DNA of 64,000 bases from Lingula anatina (taxonomy: Eukaryota; Animalia; Brachiopoda). Under the pieces are notes generated by a model. The model saw only the letters and a list, made by a program, of their open reading frames with translations, was not told the origin of the DNA and made no database searches. The stretch spans positions 2,170,001 to 2,234,000 of the forward strand of contig CM120645.1 in NCBI GenBank assembly GCA_051362555.1, in the 5' to 3' direction. Position numbers and translations under genes: made by a program. Positions within the stretch are counted from its first letter, which is position 1, and each line of letters opens with the position of its first letter. This document shows, piece by piece, positions 61,472 to 64,000 of the stretch.

Positions 61472-64000
61472 TAAAACTCCTCAAATAAAAACAATGGAAG
61501 TCGATATTTCGCTCTGTAATGTAAAGGAAAACGTAACGATCTAAACGTTACGGGGAGCATTTAGAACTTTTAAGTTAAAAGCATTTAATCATAAATGGTA
61601 TAAGTTATCAGATCCACATGCAGAGATGGGTGGAGCTGGCAGGAAAATCGTGGCTAGGATACCGGTACCTTCAAACTGTGGATCCTGCGCAGCCGACACT
61701 GGTATCCTCTACCAGGGCCACAGATTGATTTTTCACAAGATATTCACAGATATGTCTTCAGATGAAAGGACGATATAATTACTATCTCTTTTGGTAATTT
61801 TCCCTATAATATTTTTGCCACCCTGGTAGAGGGTACGACACAGGCACGTGTGTTGTGGGTCGAAGATTATATAACTATTATATACTTAAGCCCCGGTCGA
61901 CCTTAGCGTAAACGAGATACGGGAGAGGGGTATTTATCGTGTTACTCTACTGGTGTTAATCTAGATCACTAAGTCAATGATTACGAGTCTATACATGTAT
62001 ATTCTTACCAGCACGCAACCGTAATAATAAAATATATTAAAGCGCATGTGGAAGGAGTAAAAAATATCAAATAACTCTCAATGTTTACCTAATCATTATT
62101 CAGGTTCGAGACGTGGAAAATACAATGTCATATTTTTAAACAGTGATATTTGTGGACAACGTGCGAGCTACATTGTATAGTGGGGTAATATAGCAAACAT
62201 TTAAACCCCCTCCCCCCCCCCCCCAAACTCCCCACCCGGCGCCTAACTTACAATGTACTCTCTGACTACTGCAGGGTCCGCCAGCTGTTTGTTACAAAAT
62301 TATTTTTCTCCTATTTTAGAGGCCCCCGACACCAGAGCGTACCTTGAATTAACTTAAATATTTTATTCTGACACAAAATTCATGCTGACTTACCCTAAAT
62401 AGCCTCAAAGACGGTATAATCACCTTGGAAATCCCTACAGGTTAATAAAAAACCTGCATTGTACAATGCGTAGCTGTTTGTCGTACTGAAATTTCGTCTC
62501 AAAGGAATCAATGTGCTCTGTAGGGCCTATATATCCAGTATTCTATATATTATAGGCTATACTGTATGAGGAGGAATTCGGTATTAAATGGCGGTATCAA
62601 ATGCATTTGGCGTTATGTAAGCAGGCGATATAAGTGGTTTGACCATCAGTTCGGCAGGTCTCACATAGTTTGCGTAACAGCTTTTCACTCCCATTAACCA
62701 ATTGCATCCCATTGACCAATGTAAACACCGTAATTCAGGTGGAGGGGAGGAGTTGATTACGTCATAAGATCCGCTGTTGATATCAACTGAGCTTTGTTCT
62801 AACACATAACATACCTTTTGCACATACGTCTTTTGATTCTAAATATTTCGGCATTTTACAACCCAGGAACAATCAGACGATCCTTGAATACCACGTGACG
62901 CGGTCTGCCGCCGTCCGCAGGCGTTTTGCCTGGGCGCTTTTAGTTTCATGTTAATTTCACAGGTCCTAATGCCTATTATAAACAAAGCAACTGAGAGTAC
63001 ATACAAATTTGTTCAAATATAAAACGCCCTCTGTAACATAGCCTATTCGGTGCACCGACAGCATTTTTAATGTTTCATTTTAGCGCTAAAATGCGGCCTT
63101 TCACTACAAGGACGCCAAGAGAAAACCCCCTACCACTTTCTCGCTAGACCGCAACGAAAATCATCAAAAACGCCATCTTTTATAATCGACCGGGTACGGA
63201 GTAATCGATGTTCTATTTTCGTTCGTTTGAATCGGAAAAAGTCAATTACTGGTCACTGACGAACTTAATTTTCCCTACAGGAATCGAGTTGACTTGTCAG
63301 TGATTCCACACTGCTGTCATGGCCAGATATGTAGATATTAGATATAATATGAAATGTTCATATTGTTTCAGTCCTAAAATTGTTATCAATTTTTACTACC
63401 TTCACATAAATCGCATTTTGATTGACTTTTTTTTATTAACATATTGAATACATTGGAAAAATAAAAGCTGTACAGTGTGTCATAAAAGGTTATTATATAC
63501 ATTTATAAAAAGGTCTGAAATAGATCTGAAAATACAAAATTTTTTGGTTCATATTCAAACCCATGTGCACTTTTTTTAAATATGAAAGTACCTCGGCATG
63601 TTACAAATGTGCTATACATTTTATGATATGGCATTCGCCTAACATAAAAGCAAAAAATCTAATTCACATTTTGCCTTATCATAACCGGAAATAACTTCGT
63701 GGGCTAATGAATCCCATTCCTGACGGAAAATATAATTATCGTCACGACTTAGGCGGTCACAGTGGGGAAGATGACTGAAAATATTAAGCTTAATTTTCAA
63801 TGACAAATTTGCGTTTTAAAGTTAGATCCGTGTGTTTAAACAAAGCTAATGTCAATTCCACGTCGTGAATTCACGCTTTACCCTTCTCATACAGGCAAAT
63901 TCTACAACATATTCCTACCCCGTAGCGTCCTTTACAATTCCATGGCATGATTTATCAATTACCCATATTTTTGGTAGTTACAAAACAGAAGCTTTTTGGT

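Overview
AT-rich, intron-containing animal DNA, most likely an invertebrate such as a mollusc or other lophotrochozoan (inference). Two paralogous NLR immune receptor genes lie on the + strand. The first shows only its terminal CARD-NACHT-LRR exon (624-3554). The second can be spliced in frame from four coding exons (26863-27619, 28345-28503, 29715-29755, 30097-33021) into a ~1293-aa protein: DZIP3-type HEPN domain with an intact R-x5-H motif, linker, CARD, NACHT, LRR. On the - strand, convergent with the NLRs, are two complete tandem SLC26/SulP anion transporter genes (34823-44082 and ~49313-57029) and a third copy retaining only the STAS-domain exons (6525-10342). The NLR plus SLC26 3' end forms a ~28-29.5 kb-offset segmental duplication. 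The intergenic DNA holds a decayed DIRS/Ngaro-type retrotransposon with split direct repeats, several MITEs, a Helentron-type element, a LINE fragment, an older nested duplication and microsatellites. The best candidate for an undescribed system is the HEPN-CARD-NACHT-LRR receptor family with a hypervariable LRR face. Exon boundaries were read by hand and identity statements are by-eye estimates.
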